Part shown: positions 1-8,620 of the stretch, one piece after another
Layout of the letters: each line of letters starts with the position of its first letter
Position numbering within the stretch: the stretch's first letter is position 1
From: an uncultured Ruminococcus sp.
GTDB lineage: Bacteria; Bacillota; Clostridia; Oscillospirales; CAG-272
Reading direction: 5' to 3'
Assembly (NCBI GenBank): GCA_964522215.1
Contig: CAZFVR010000003.1
Location: 68,561 to 132,560 of the forward strand
DNA length: 64,000 bases
Notes under the pieces: generated by a model
What the model saw: the letters and a program-made list of their open reading frames with translations, nothing else
Told to the model about the DNA's origin: nothing
Databases searched by the model: none
Translations under genes and position numbers: made by a program

Positions 1-1323
1 ATACTTTTTGAATACGAGGGCGGCGACCATTTTTATCTCGGTTTTTCGGCATATCAACAGCCGGGGCGCGACCACGCATATATACAGGACGTTGCAACAT
101 CAACACTCTATGACGGACTGTTTTGCTTTAGGCATTTTATAGGGTCTGAATGTAACGGGCTTTTGCAAATAAACGTGGTCGAGCTCAACACATATGTTGA
201 GGGCGTTCTCCCCAACGAGATATACACCAGTTGGGATATCGAAACGCAAAAAGCCTTTGCCATCACCGTAAGATCCTATTCGGTAAAGTGCGTGGGCAAG
301 CATTATTCCTCCTACGGCTTTGATATGTGCAGTCTTTCGCACTGCGAAAACTACCGCGGGCGCAAGCTTATAACCTCACGCGTGACACAAGCAGTAAACG
401 AAACACGCGACCAGATACTGACCTTCGGCTCGACCATAGTTGAGGGACTTTACTCCTCAAGCATCGGTGGCTGGTCGGTGGATCCCAAGTATGTTTGGGG
501 CGGCACAACGGACAGCTACCTGCGAACACAGGCCACACCTTGGGAAAAATACTCGGAGTATGCATCAGGGCTTTGGTTTAACGAGGTTACGGCGGCGCAG
601 CTCAAGACCGCCTGCCGCGAATACGGCGAGACACAGATCAATTCAAACATCTCACGTGTTGAGACCACCACGACCGGCGACTCCTCCCCTTATGTTTACA
701 GCATAAAGCTTACAGATTCAAACGGAAACACCGCATCCGCTACCCGCTGTTCCGGCGTGCGCAGCCTGCTTTCCGGCTATGTTTGGTCGGCAAACATCAA
801 AATAGGGCGCGGGTCCGTTGACTACACATATGAGGATGTTATATCCACAAGAATAATAAACCTCATGGGATCGAGCGCGGGGTCCGTCAGCGTAAAGACA
901 AAAAACGGTGTTATTGTATCAGATGCCGCAGGATTTAACTTTTTGACCGATCTCGGTACTGCCATAAAGGACGGCTCATCGACCCTACATATCTATACAG
1001 GCAACGGAATAGCGCAGATAATAGGCGGAGATATAGACATCCCCATGTCTACCGAGCCTGATGCCAACGGCAACTACACTGTTGTATCAAACTACGGCAC
1101 ATTCCTGATCGTAAACCAGCTGAAGCAGGTCAAAAAGACGCACTACGCCTCCTCGTCCTCCGCCTTTGCCATCGTTGGCAAGGGTATGGGCCACGGCGTT
1201 GGAATGAGCCAGTTTGGCGCCTCCGATCTCGGTGAGGCGGGAGCTACAGCATCGCAGATCCTGCTTGCATACTTCCCCGGCACGACCGTGAGCAACTATT
1301 TTGACTTTTTAAAGGGTAATTGA
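1..1323 (+). CDS. SpoIID/LytB-domain protein (stage II sporulation protein D-like), 5' end cut by window
   Basis: Frame 1 is open from nt 1. Motifs typical of the SpoIID amidase-enhancer domain are present (YSVKCVGKHYSSYGFDMCSLSHCENYRG; LYSSSIGGWSVD). Stop codon at 1323. Confidence 0.8.
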   Translation: MLFEYEGGDHFYLGFSAYQQPGRDHAYIQDVATSTLYDGLFCFRHFIGSECNGLLQINVVELNTYVEGVLPNEIYTSWDIETQKAFAITVRSYSVKCVGKHYSSYGFDMCSLSHCENYRGRKLITSRVTQAVNETRDQILTFGSTIVEGLYSSSIGGWSVDPKYVWGGTTDSYLRTQATPWEKYSEYASGLWFNEVTAAQLKTACREYGETQINSNISRVETTTTGDSSPYVYSIKLTDSNGNTASATRCSGVRSLLSGYVWSANIKIGRGSVDYTYEDVISTRIINLMGSSAGSVSVKTKNGVIVSDAAGFNFLTDLGTAIKDGSSTLHIYTGNGIAQIIGGDIDIPMSTEPDANGNYTVVSNYGTFLIVNQLKQVKKTHYASSSSAFAIVGKGMGHGVGMSQFGASDLGEAGATASQILLAYFPGTTVSNYFDFLKGN

Positions 1324-1371
1324 CGGTCGGCAACCGATCGGTTTATTCATTGACCCACAAAAACAATACTG

Positions 1372-1410
1372 CCCCGAGGCGGAAGTCGCTAAAAACTTCC
1401 CGCCTCGGGG
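1372..1410. terminator. Bidirectional intrinsic terminator between convergent genes
   Basis: GC-rich hairpin CCCCGAGGCGGAAG...CTTCCCGCCTCGGGG, flanked by T-rich sequence on both strands. Confidence 0.6.
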
Positions 1411-1443
1411 CATGTTAGTTTATATTTTAACGGTTTGAGATGG

Positions 1444-2397
1444 TCATCTTACGAATTCCATAACATCGGCCTCGTTTATATCGCAAAGCTCAGTAATGCG
1501 ATCCGCCATGCGGATCTTATCCAGCCCAGCCAGCGAATGTGCATCTGTACCAAAGGTAAACTTGCACCCCGCCGCTTTTGCCAGCTTCATTACGCGTATC
1601 ATAGGCTCATCAACAAAATCATTTTCCGAGAACTTAAATGCACCGGTGTTTATCTCAATCCCCGCCCCCATTTTGGCGGCGATCGAGAAGCATTCAAGAT
1701 ACCTTTCATCGCTGACGGACTCTATCATACGCTTTTGCAGATCCTTCGAGAAGCCGCAGGGGGAGAATGTGTGCGCCACGATGGTGGGAGTGGTGCGCGT
1801 AAGCTTTTTAAACTCCGAGTTTGACATAAGGCTTAAAAAGCTGTGGTACATAAATTCGGCATTATACGCTACAACTGCATCGGTGCGCTCGCCAAGCATT
1901 GCGGCTATCTCCGCCTCGGGTACTGCATCCATAAGCTTGCGTGCGCGTTCCTCACCCAGCTCCGGCATAAGGGATGCAAGCTTTACCGAAAGTTCTGACC
2001 TCTTTGTTCTTATATCGTCCATCTCGGGGATTACAAAGTTCCTCATATGTACGTGGGTATGCGGTACCAAAACATAATCAAATTGCTTTGCGGTCTCGGC
2101 GAGCATACCAAGGTTATCCGACATTCCGCAATACTCGGTCTCTGTCCCCACCATAAGTCTTATACCGGGCAATGTCGGCATGGCGGCACGTGCACCCTCA
2201 AGACCGTAATTTATCATTTGCATGTGATACCAATGGCTCGGCCCGGGTACTTTTTCATCCCACAGGTGATTGGATACACCAAAATTTGTGTGTCCCAGCT
2301 CCTTTGCGCGGTGGGCAAAGGCTTCAACGGTTGCCGTAGGATCGTAACAGCAGAGGGACAGCAGGGTGTGATTGTGAATATCGTGTTTTACTTGCAT
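1444..2397 (-). CDS. PHP-domain (polymerase/histidinol-phosphatase family) metal-dependent phosphoesterase
   Basis: 317 aa. N-terminal DIHNHT-type His motif and further HxH motifs typical of the PHP fold. Confidence 0.65.
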   Translation of the reverse strand: MQVKHDIHNHTLLSLCCYDPTATVEAFAHRAKELGHTNFGVSNHLWDEKVPGPSHWYHMQMINYGLEGARAAMPTLPGIRLMVGTETEYCGMSDNLGMLAETAKQFDYVLVPHTHVHMRNFVIPEMDDIRTKRSELSVKLASLMPELGEERARKLMDAVPEAEIAAMLGERTDAVVAYNAEFMYHSFLSLMSNSEFKKLTRTTPTIVAHTFSPCGFSKDLQKRMIESVSDERYLECFSIAAKMGAGIEINTGAFKFSENDFVDEPMIRVMKLAKAAGCKFTFGTDAHSLAGLDKIRMADRITELCDINEADVMEFVR

Positions 2398-2483
2398 TTT
2401 AGGTTACCGGCCTTTCTTTTATCTTTATCACCCTTATTATAGCAGATGTTTGCACCAATTTCAACGGTTTTAGCATTTTTTAC

Positions 2484-2512
2484 TTGATATTTTTCATCAA
2501 ATATGATATCAT
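2484..2512 (+). promoter_or_regulatory. Putative sigma-A promoter for deoC (TTGATA-17-TATCAT)
   Basis: -35/-10-like hexamers with 17-nt spacing, about 50 nt upstream of the deoC start. Confidence 0.3.
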
Positions 2513-2562
2513 ATATACAGTAATTTTCCCAAAGAGACAAAAGATAATGAAAGGAAACTGAA

Positions 2563-3234
2563 ATGGATAAATACGAAATTTTAAAATATGCAGACCACAC
2601 GCTCCTTTCCCCCAAGGCCACGGAGGCAGAGATACGCGCGATCTGCGATGATGGGCTGAAGTATCATACAGCATCGGTGTGCATTCCCGCATCATATGTC
2701 AAATTTGCACACGACTACACCGAGGGGCTCCTCAACATCTGCACTGTGATCGGCTTCCCGCTCGGTTATGACACCACGGCCGCAAAATGCTTTGAGGCCG
2801 AAGATGCCATACGCAACGGCGCAAATGAAATAGACATGGTTATTAACCTCGGATGGCTCACAGATGGTAAATTTGATGCGGTCGAGGATGAGATCCGCGC
2901 GGTCAAGGCCGCCTGCGGCGACCATATCCTTAAGGTCATAATCGAGACCTGCCTGCTGGATGACGAACAAAAACGCCGCATGTGCCGGATCGTTGGCGCG
3001 GCGGGCGCGGATTATATTAAGACCTCAACAGGTTTTTCCACCGGCGGCGCAACACGTGAGGATATTGCACTGTTTGCCGAGAATATTCCCGCAGGGCTTA
3101 AGATAAAGGCCGCGGGCGGCATACGCTCCTTTGCCGATGCCGAGGACTTTATTGCCCTTGGCGCCGAGCGACTTGGCACGAGCTCACTCGTAAAGCTGAT
3201 CAAAAAAGAAGAGGCAGCGGCGGCCGCAAAATAA
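2563..3234 (+). CDS. deoC: Deoxyribose-phosphate aldolase
   Basis: 223 aa. Canonical DeoC N-terminus ([15 protein letters not shown]) and the Schiff-base lysine region ([11 protein letters not shown]). Confidence 0.9.
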   Translation: MDKYEILKYADHTLLSPKATEAEIRAICDDGLKYHTASVCIPASYVKFAHDYTEGLLNICTVIGFPLGYDTTAAKCFEAEDAIRNGANEIDMVINLGWLTDGKFDAVEDEIRAVKAACGDHILKVIIETCLLDDEQKRRMCRIVGAAGADYIKTSTGFSTGGATREDIALFAENIPAGLKIKAAGGIRSFADAEDFIALGAERLGTSSLVKLIKKEEAAAAAK

Positions 3235-3256
3235 TGCCGTCATATGCCGCATAACT

Positions 3257-3300
3257 AAAAACCATCGGCTGTAACGCCCCGCGTTACAGCCGATGGTTTT
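3257..3300. terminator. Bidirectional intrinsic terminator
   Basis: AAAACCATCGGCTGTAACGC-ccc-GCGTTACAGCCGATGGTTTT. The stem is perfect, with an A-run on the 5' side and a T-run on the 3' side. Confidence 0.75.
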
Positions 3301-3307
3301 GAATTAA

Positions 3308-4549
3308 TTAAATTATATGTATACCGCAAGACGGTACCGAATTAAGCTCGTCAATACCATACCTTTCGCATTTGCGGTGCTCAAAAAAAGCAACAGCGGC
3401 ATCACCCGCCATCGCATAGGTGAGGATATCCTCCGCCTGCTCAAGATACGGTGCGATCTCGGTACGCAGTGTGTCAAGCTCCGGCTCTAAAAGATCCGCC
3501 GGGCGCGTGAGCACCATTGATGCATTGCCGCCCAGGGCCGACATAACATCGGGAGATGGCGGCATGGGCAGTCTACCGTAAAGCCCGCTGACGAGCGCAC
3601 GGTAGCCGGCCGAAAGCTCGGGGGTGGCGGCAGCCCCATTACTGTGGTAAAGCGCCGCGGCGCGCTCAATTATAAGCTCGTCAAGCGGCGCGGCCATAGT
3701 TGGCCAGCCCGCCTCACGCCTTGCACGCTCAATATAATCATCGGGTGGAATAGAATGCCCATCAGTGGGGGTGGCTTTGTTTGCGAGCGGTAACGCCTTT
3801 TTGATCTCGTCCCATGCGCCGCCGAGCAACTCGCGGCCGATCGGGGCAGGAATGCCGCAAAGATCGATATCAACTCCCGCCACACGATCGTTGGCAAGTA
3901 TATCACGCGGCGATAGACACTGCATGTCACCTGCACCGATCACAAGAGGGATCGATATCGCGCCGCCGACCACCGAGGTGAGTTCACTAAGCGTTTGGGT
4001 GTCAAGCTTTTGCTCCGGGTCGAGGATACAAACACGATCCGCACCAGCTCCCTCAAGTAGTGAGGCATAGCCGGCAAAAAAAGCAGCGCTGCAAGCGGGC
4101 CCCGTGGTGTACACCATTGCAGCCTCAAGGTCAAGATCATACTTTTTTGCGGCTCTCATCACCGTTTCGATATTGCGCGGATCGTTTAACGCATCGTAAA
4201 CGCGGATGGCGCCAATACCGTTCTCCGCCGTGCGCGCCACCAGATATTCAACAACATCATCGGCATAGATCCCACGTCCCAGCAGTGATTGACCACGCAA
4301 AGTAAGGCGCAGACGTGTGTTTTTGACACCATCACGCAACGCACGCAGTTGCTCCCAAGGATCGATGGCCGAGCGCTCGGTAAGCGACTCACCAAGGAAG
4401 CTGTCAGCTCCCCAAAGCTCTGCCGCACAAAGTCCCGCACTATCGATCGCAGCGAGGAGTGATGAAAGCTTTTCTCGGTCAAGTCCACGCAAAAGATTTG
4501 GTGGGACAACGGCGCAGATGCGCTTTTGCGCGCATGGTGCAACATTCAT
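3308..4549 (-). CDS. Transcarboxylase 5S / oxaloacetate-decarboxylase-alpha-like carboxyltransferase (HMGL-like) domain protein, apparently catalytically degenerate
   Basis: 413 aa. Strong similarity to the 5S / PycB carboxyltransferase fold (LRGQSLLGRG..DDVVE..AENGI..RVYDALNDPRNI; C-terminal EDILTYA...FFEHR). The conserved metal-ligand motifs are replaced: RDGHQS becomes RGLDRE, the KDMAG lysine becomes LDPEQ, and HxHxTxG becomes VIGAGDM. Confidence 0.7.
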   Translation of the reverse strand: MNVAPCAQKRICAVVPPNLLRGLDREKLSSLLAAIDSAGLCAAELWGADSFLGESLTERSAIDPWEQLRALRDGVKNTRLRLTLRGQSLLGRGIYADDVVEYLVARTAENGIGAIRVYDALNDPRNIETVMRAAKKYDLDLEAAMVYTTGPACSAAFFAGYASLLEGAGADRVCILDPEQKLDTQTLSELTSVVGGAISIPLVIGAGDMQCLSPRDILANDRVAGVDIDLCGIPAPIGRELLGGAWDEIKKALPLANKATPTDGHSIPPDDYIERARREAGWPTMAAPLDELIIERAAALYHSNGAAATPELSAGYRALVSGLYGRLPMPPSPDVMSALGGNASMVLTRPADLLEPELDTLRTEIAPYLEQAEDILTYAMAGDAAVAFFEHRKCERYGIDELNSVPSCGIHII

Positions 4550-4734
4550 CTTTTCAGACCCGCATCCGTCACTGACGGCTTATCGACAGTTCGCGGCAGG
4601 TCGGCGAAAGCGGCGTTAGGTGCATTCTCATTATCGCACACGTCCTCCGCGGGCAGTTCCTCAACCTCAACGATATAGTCCCGCCCCTCTACCTTTACCT
4701 TAAATCTTCTTTTCTTTGTATTATTCTCGCTCAT
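4546..4734 (-). CDS. Small protein resembling the N-terminal segment of MmdC/GcdC-type biotin-carrier subunits, with no biotinyl domain
   Basis: 62 aa from the ATG at 4734 (RBS GGAG 7 nt upstream). KRRFKVKVEGRDYIVEVEE resembles the N-terminal motif (MKKFNVTVNGTAYDVEVNE, as I recall) of decarboxylase biotin-carrier subunits. No AMKM biotinylation motif is present. The stop overlaps the next start (ATGA). Confidence 0.45.
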   Translation of the reverse strand: MSENNTKKRRFKVKVEGRDYIVEVEELPAEDVCDNENAPNAAFADLPRTVDKPSVTDAGLKR

Positions 4735-4763
4735 TTTCATCTCCGTATCTGCCCGGGCGACTA

Positions 4764-5156
4764 TCATCTGTTCCACGGATGAGCGCCGCCGGAGCGCTTA
4801 AATGCAACCACTCTGAATTTAGGCACAGTTTTTTTCTCTGTCTCAGCCTCGGCATTTATATACGCCGTTACGGCCGCTGTTACTGCGGCAACCAAACGCG
4901 CCTCCTCGGCTCGTCTTAACGCCTCGGCGAACATGGCCTCCCGGCGCTCGCGTTCAAGCTCCGCCGCGATGCGTGCTCTTTCTTTTTCTGCCGCCGCTTC
5001 CGCCAAGCGCCGTTCGGCTTCAAGGCGTTCTGCCGCCGCGCGTTCGGCTTTTTTCTTTTTATTTAAAAACATGAGTAATATGACAGCTACCGATACAACT
5101 ACCGCCACTACGATGGCAGCAATGATGATAGGCCGCAGATCCATTCCGGCGTTCAT
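4764..5156 (-). CDS. OadG/MmdD-like membrane-anchor subunit of Na+-transporting decarboxylases
   Basis: 130 aa. One N-terminal TM helix, a charged Ala/Glu/Arg-rich linker, and a C-terminal AVTAAVTAYINAE motif typical of OadG-family proteins. Start overlaps the upstream gene's stop by 4 nt (5153-5156). Confidence 0.5.
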   Translation of the reverse strand: MNAGMDLRPIIIAAIVVAVVVSVAVILLMFLNKKKKAERAAAERLEAERRLAEAAAEKERARIAAELERERREAMFAEALRRAEEARLVAAVTAAVTAYINAEAETEKKTVPKFRVVAFKRSGGAHPWNR

Positions 5157-6685
5157 CGTTGTCTGCGCCCCTCTCTGCCACCCGGCCGCGTGTGCACACG
5201 CGACTTTGCTGCCAGCATCATGACAGCCGAGGTTATCCTTGCGCGCAGCTCCTGCGGCTCGATAATATCATCGATCTGCCCGCGCATGGCGGCATCTGCA
5301 GGGGATGCAAGCTCGCTTTGCCACTTTGCCTCAAGCTCCTCGCGGCTCACCGTAACATCATTGGCGCAGATGCGGTCATTCCAAACAAATGCCACAGACG
5401 CCTCCGGCGACATCGGGCTGATGCACGCCTCAGGGAGCGCCAAAGCAATATCGCCGCCAACCGACCGTGATGCCATAAGCGTAAAACCAATACCATAGGC
5501 ATGACCGAGTATCACGCTGATCTTTGCATTTTCGGATACTGCCATTGCGCGGTACAGCTCGGATAGCGCCTCGGCATATGCCGCCGCATCAGGTTCTTCC
5601 CTGTCCGCGCCATCGCTGGCAACAAGTGTGATCAGCGGTATACCAAAGCTATCGCAAAAGCATATTATATGCGCCAGTCTTCGGCAAACATCACGGGTGA
5701 TAACACCGCCGCGGACTGTCGGCTCGTTTGCCGCAAGACAACACACAACGCCACCGATATATGCCAGCCCTACCGAAAGCTCCGGTGTGTTGCCGCCAAG
5801 GAATATCACATTATCATCATCAGACAGTGCGGTTATAAGACGTCTGCCGCTCGGCATGCCGGTACCGTCCTTTTGCGCGACCTGTCCCAATGCATATAAC
5901 AGCTCCGGCGGCAGCGGGCGATCGAGCACCTGCATGTCGGATACGCGAGAGCCCTCGTTGCAGTTGGACGGCAGATATGAAAGCAGCTCGCGGGTGCGTA
6001 GATAAAGCTCATCCTCGTCATCCACAACTATATCGCAGATATCCTCCAGTGGGTCGACTGCAGGCTTCGCGTCGCCCCCTATAAACGGAGGGACAACATA
6101 AAATTCACCCTGCCCTCTCACGGCCAGTTTTATATCAAAGGATGCGGCAAGCGTTGCCATGCCACCGCCGCATATACCCGGAACGAGAGCAACGGTCGGC
6201 AGAATACCGCGGGCGGCCTCAAACTGCCGCATGACCTCACCATATGCTGCCAGTACACGCGAGCCCTCATAGATCGATGCACCGTGTGAATCAAATATTC
6301 CCACTATCGGTGCACCGTTGCGAATTGCAAGGCGTATAAGCTCTGTTATCTTGCCCGCCGCCACGCTGTCAAACGCTCCGCACATGCGGGCATTATCCTG
6401 CACAAAGGCGTAAACAAGTCTGCCCCCAACCGCTCCGTAGCCTGTTATAACGGATGAAAAGACCGCGCCCGGTTCATCCTCGACATCACTGCGTGCTATG
6501 TACGCGCCTGTTTCCGCGAATGTGCCCATATCAAACAAAGCCGTGATACGCGCGCGAGCGTTATATCCGCCATTCGCTTCTTTTATTGAGCTAATGTCGA
6601 TATTTTTCAGCATTTCGCTGAGCTTGCTTGCGGCAATCGCCCCAAGCACACTTTTTTTGCGCTCACTGCGATCGGTATTTTCCAT
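5153..6685 (-). CDS. Acyl-CoA carboxyltransferase (methylmalonyl-CoA decarboxylase alpha / transcarboxylase 12S / PccB family)
   Basis: 510 aa with the two-domain carboxyltransferase architecture. Contains the very conserved RELLSYLPSN motif and a GIFDSHGASIYEG oxyanion region. Confidence 0.9.
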   Translation of the reverse strand: MENTDRSERKKSVLGAIAASKLSEMLKNIDISSIKEANGGYNARARITALFDMGTFAETGAYIARSDVEDEPGAVFSSVITGYGAVGGRLVYAFVQDNARMCGAFDSVAAGKITELIRLAIRNGAPIVGIFDSHGASIYEGSRVLAAYGEVMRQFEAARGILPTVALVPGICGGGMATLAASFDIKLAVRGQGEFYVVPPFIGGDAKPAVDPLEDICDIVVDDEDELYLRTRELLSYLPSNCNEGSRVSDMQVLDRPLPPELLYALGQVAQKDGTGMPSGRRLITALSDDDNVIFLGGNTPELSVGLAYIGGVVCCLAANEPTVRGGVITRDVCRRLAHIICFCDSFGIPLITLVASDGADREEPDAAAYAEALSELYRAMAVSENAKISVILGHAYGIGFTLMASRSVGGDIALALPEACISPMSPEASVAFVWNDRICANDVTVSREELEAKWQSELASPADAAMRGQIDDIIEPQELRARITSAVMMLAAKSRVHTRPGGREGRRQR

Positions 6686-6939
6686 AGTAGATCCGTTCCG
6701 CCACCACTCGGGCGGCTGTTTTTTCTTGATAGATGTTTATTTACAAGACCGTATAACTGATTATTATTGTAACGACGATCCTTCCGACCTCGCTGTGCTC
6801 GGCCACCGACCTTTACACAAGAGAGGCGTGGGGATAGTGCTAGCATTGCATGAGAACATAAAACAACAGCAGAAATTTAATAATAATCCAATTTCTATAT
6901 TTCTTTAAAATAAAGACCGAACTCTTGCCAAGCTGCTTA

Positions 6940-8118
6940 TTATTTCAGTGCCTTTGTAAAGGCCTCGATGCGGCACAGTGCCTCGTCAATATGCTTGACG
7001 GAATAGGCATAGGAGATCCTGGCAAAGCCCTCGCCCGAACGGCCAAATGCCGTACCGGGAACTATTGCACATTTATGCTCGTAAAGCAGGCGGTTACAAA
7101 ATTCATCGCTTGAGAGCCCGAATTTACCTATCTCGGGATAGATATAAAACGCTCCCTCCGGCTCAAATGACTCGATACCGATATCGGCGAGCCCGCGGTG
7201 GATGTATCTGCGCCGCTGATCATACTGCTCTGCCATATATTCAATGTCCGCATCCCCATTCTTCATAGCCTCAATGGCCGCCAGCTGACTTGTTGTCGGT
7301 GCGCACATGATGGCATATTGGTGAAGCTTTAGTATCTGATCTGCTATCGGTTGCGGTGCGCACACATAACCCAAACGCCAGCCTGTCATGGCGTAAGCCT
7401 TGGAAAAACCGGAGGCCAGCACCGTGCGCTCGCGCATCCCGGGGATGGAAGCGATGGATGTATGCCTAAAGCCAAAGGTCAGCTCGGCATATATCTCGTC
7501 CGAAAGTATTGCCATGTTAGTTGGTCTTATGACCTCGGCAATACGCTCAAGATCCTCACGCGTCATGACCGCTCCCGTCGGGTTGTTGGGATATGCAAGC
7601 ACCAAAAGCTTTGTGCGCGGGGTGATTGCCGCCGCAAGCTTTTCGGGTGTAAGTTTAAATTTATCGGCGGCGCAGGTATCAACTATAACAGGCACACCGC
7701 CCGCCATCCTTACCAGCGGCTCATAGCACACAAAGCAGGGCTCGGGTATTATGACCTCATCCCCGGGTTCAACAAGTGCGCGAATGGTCATATCTATCGC
7801 TTCACTGCCGCCAACGGTAACTATCATCTCACCGCGCGGCTCGTATTCAAGCCCGAAACGGCGGGAAAGATATGCAGCTATCTCACGGCGAAGCTCGATA
7901 GTTCCCGCGTTTGATGTATAATATGTTTTGCCTTTTTCAAGGCTTTGTATTCCCGCCTCGCGAATGTGCCAAGGAGTAACAAAGTCAGGCTGACCAACGG
8001 TGAGGGAGACCACATCATCCATCTCCTCAAGCAGGTCAAAAAATTTACGTATTCCAGATTTTTTCAGGGAGCGTACAGTTGGCGAGAGTAATTTATCGTA
8101 ATCAAACATTAGTTGCAA
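6940..8118 (-). CDS. PLP-dependent aminotransferase, class I/II (aspartate/aromatic aminotransferase-like)
   Basis: 392 aa. Contains the SGFSKAYAMTGWRLGY lysine motif and a typical fold-type I N-terminal region. Confidence 0.9.
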   Translation of the reverse strand: MQLMFDYDKLLSPTVRSLKKSGIRKFFDLLEEMDDVVSLTVGQPDFVTPWHIREAGIQSLEKGKTYYTSNAGTIELRREIAAYLSRRFGLEYEPRGEMIVTVGGSEAIDMTIRALVEPGDEVIIPEPCFVCYEPLVRMAGGVPVIVDTCAADKFKLTPEKLAAAITPRTKLLVLAYPNNPTGAVMTREDLERIAEVIRPTNMAILSDEIYAELTFGFRHTSIASIPGMRERTVLASGFSKAYAMTGWRLGYVCAPQPIADQILKLHQYAIMCAPTTSQLAAIEAMKNGDADIEYMAEQYDQRRRYIHRGLADIGIESFEPEGAFYIYPEIGKFGLSSDEFCNRLLYEHKCAIVPGTAFGRSGEGFARISYAYSVKHIDEALCRIEAFTKALK

Positions 8119-8594
8119 TTCCCTCTCTCGTCCTGCTCCTGCAGGCCGTACACAACACCTTTATCCTTGTATTTTTTAAGGACGAAATGCGTTGCTGTAG
8201 ACATAACATATTCAATTGGCGCAAGCTTTTGCGCCACAAAGAACGCAACCTCGCGCATCGTCTTGCCCTCGATTATAAGTGCAAGATCAAAGCCGCCGGA
8301 CATAAGATAAACGCTCTTTACCTCGGGGTAGCTGTATATCTTTTCCGCCGCCTTATCAAAGCCGAGGTCGCGCATTGGGGTTATCTTGACCTCTATAAAT
8401 GCGGTCACATATTCGCGGTCGGTCTTATCCCAGTCAACAAGCGCCTGATAGCCGAGTATCGTGCCGTCCGCCTCGTAGCCCTCTATTGCGGCCTTTATAT
8501 CACCCGTCTCCTTGCCAAGCATCACTGCCAGCTGTTCGGGAGTAAGCTTTGCATCGTTTTCAAGCAATGTAAGGATCTTATCCATTTTTGTCAC
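8109..8594 (-). CDS. Lrp/AsnC-family transcriptional regulator
   Basis: 161 aa. N-terminal HTH (ILTLLENDAKLTPEQLAVMLG) and C-terminal RAM domain. It overlaps the aminotransferase start by 10 nt (8109-8118), which implies an operon. Confidence 0.9.
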   Translation of the reverse strand: MTKMDKILTLLENDAKLTPEQLAVMLGKETGDIKAAIEGYEADGTILGYQALVDWDKTDREYVTAFIEVKITPMRDLGFDKAAEKIYSYPEVKSVYLMSGGFDLALIIEGKTMREVAFFVAQKLAPIEYVMSTATHFVLKKYKDKGVVYGLQEQDERGNCN

Positions 8595-8620
8595 CTTCGT
8601 TTTTATAAAATTTTTTTTGT

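Noticed and set aside
6498-6908. 136-aa plus-strand ORF spanning the carboxyltransferase start and its upstream region
   Set aside because: It overlaps the 5' end of a strongly supported gene on the other strand and has no homology or RBS, although the hairpin plus T6 at 6698-6724 means antisense transcription here cannot be excluded.
6730-6940. Possible riboswitch in the 254-nt region upstream of the carboxyltransferase operon
   Set aside because: The region contains direct repeats (GGTCGG...GGTCGG) and weak stems, but nothing I can match to a known riboswitch class; left as unexplained leader.
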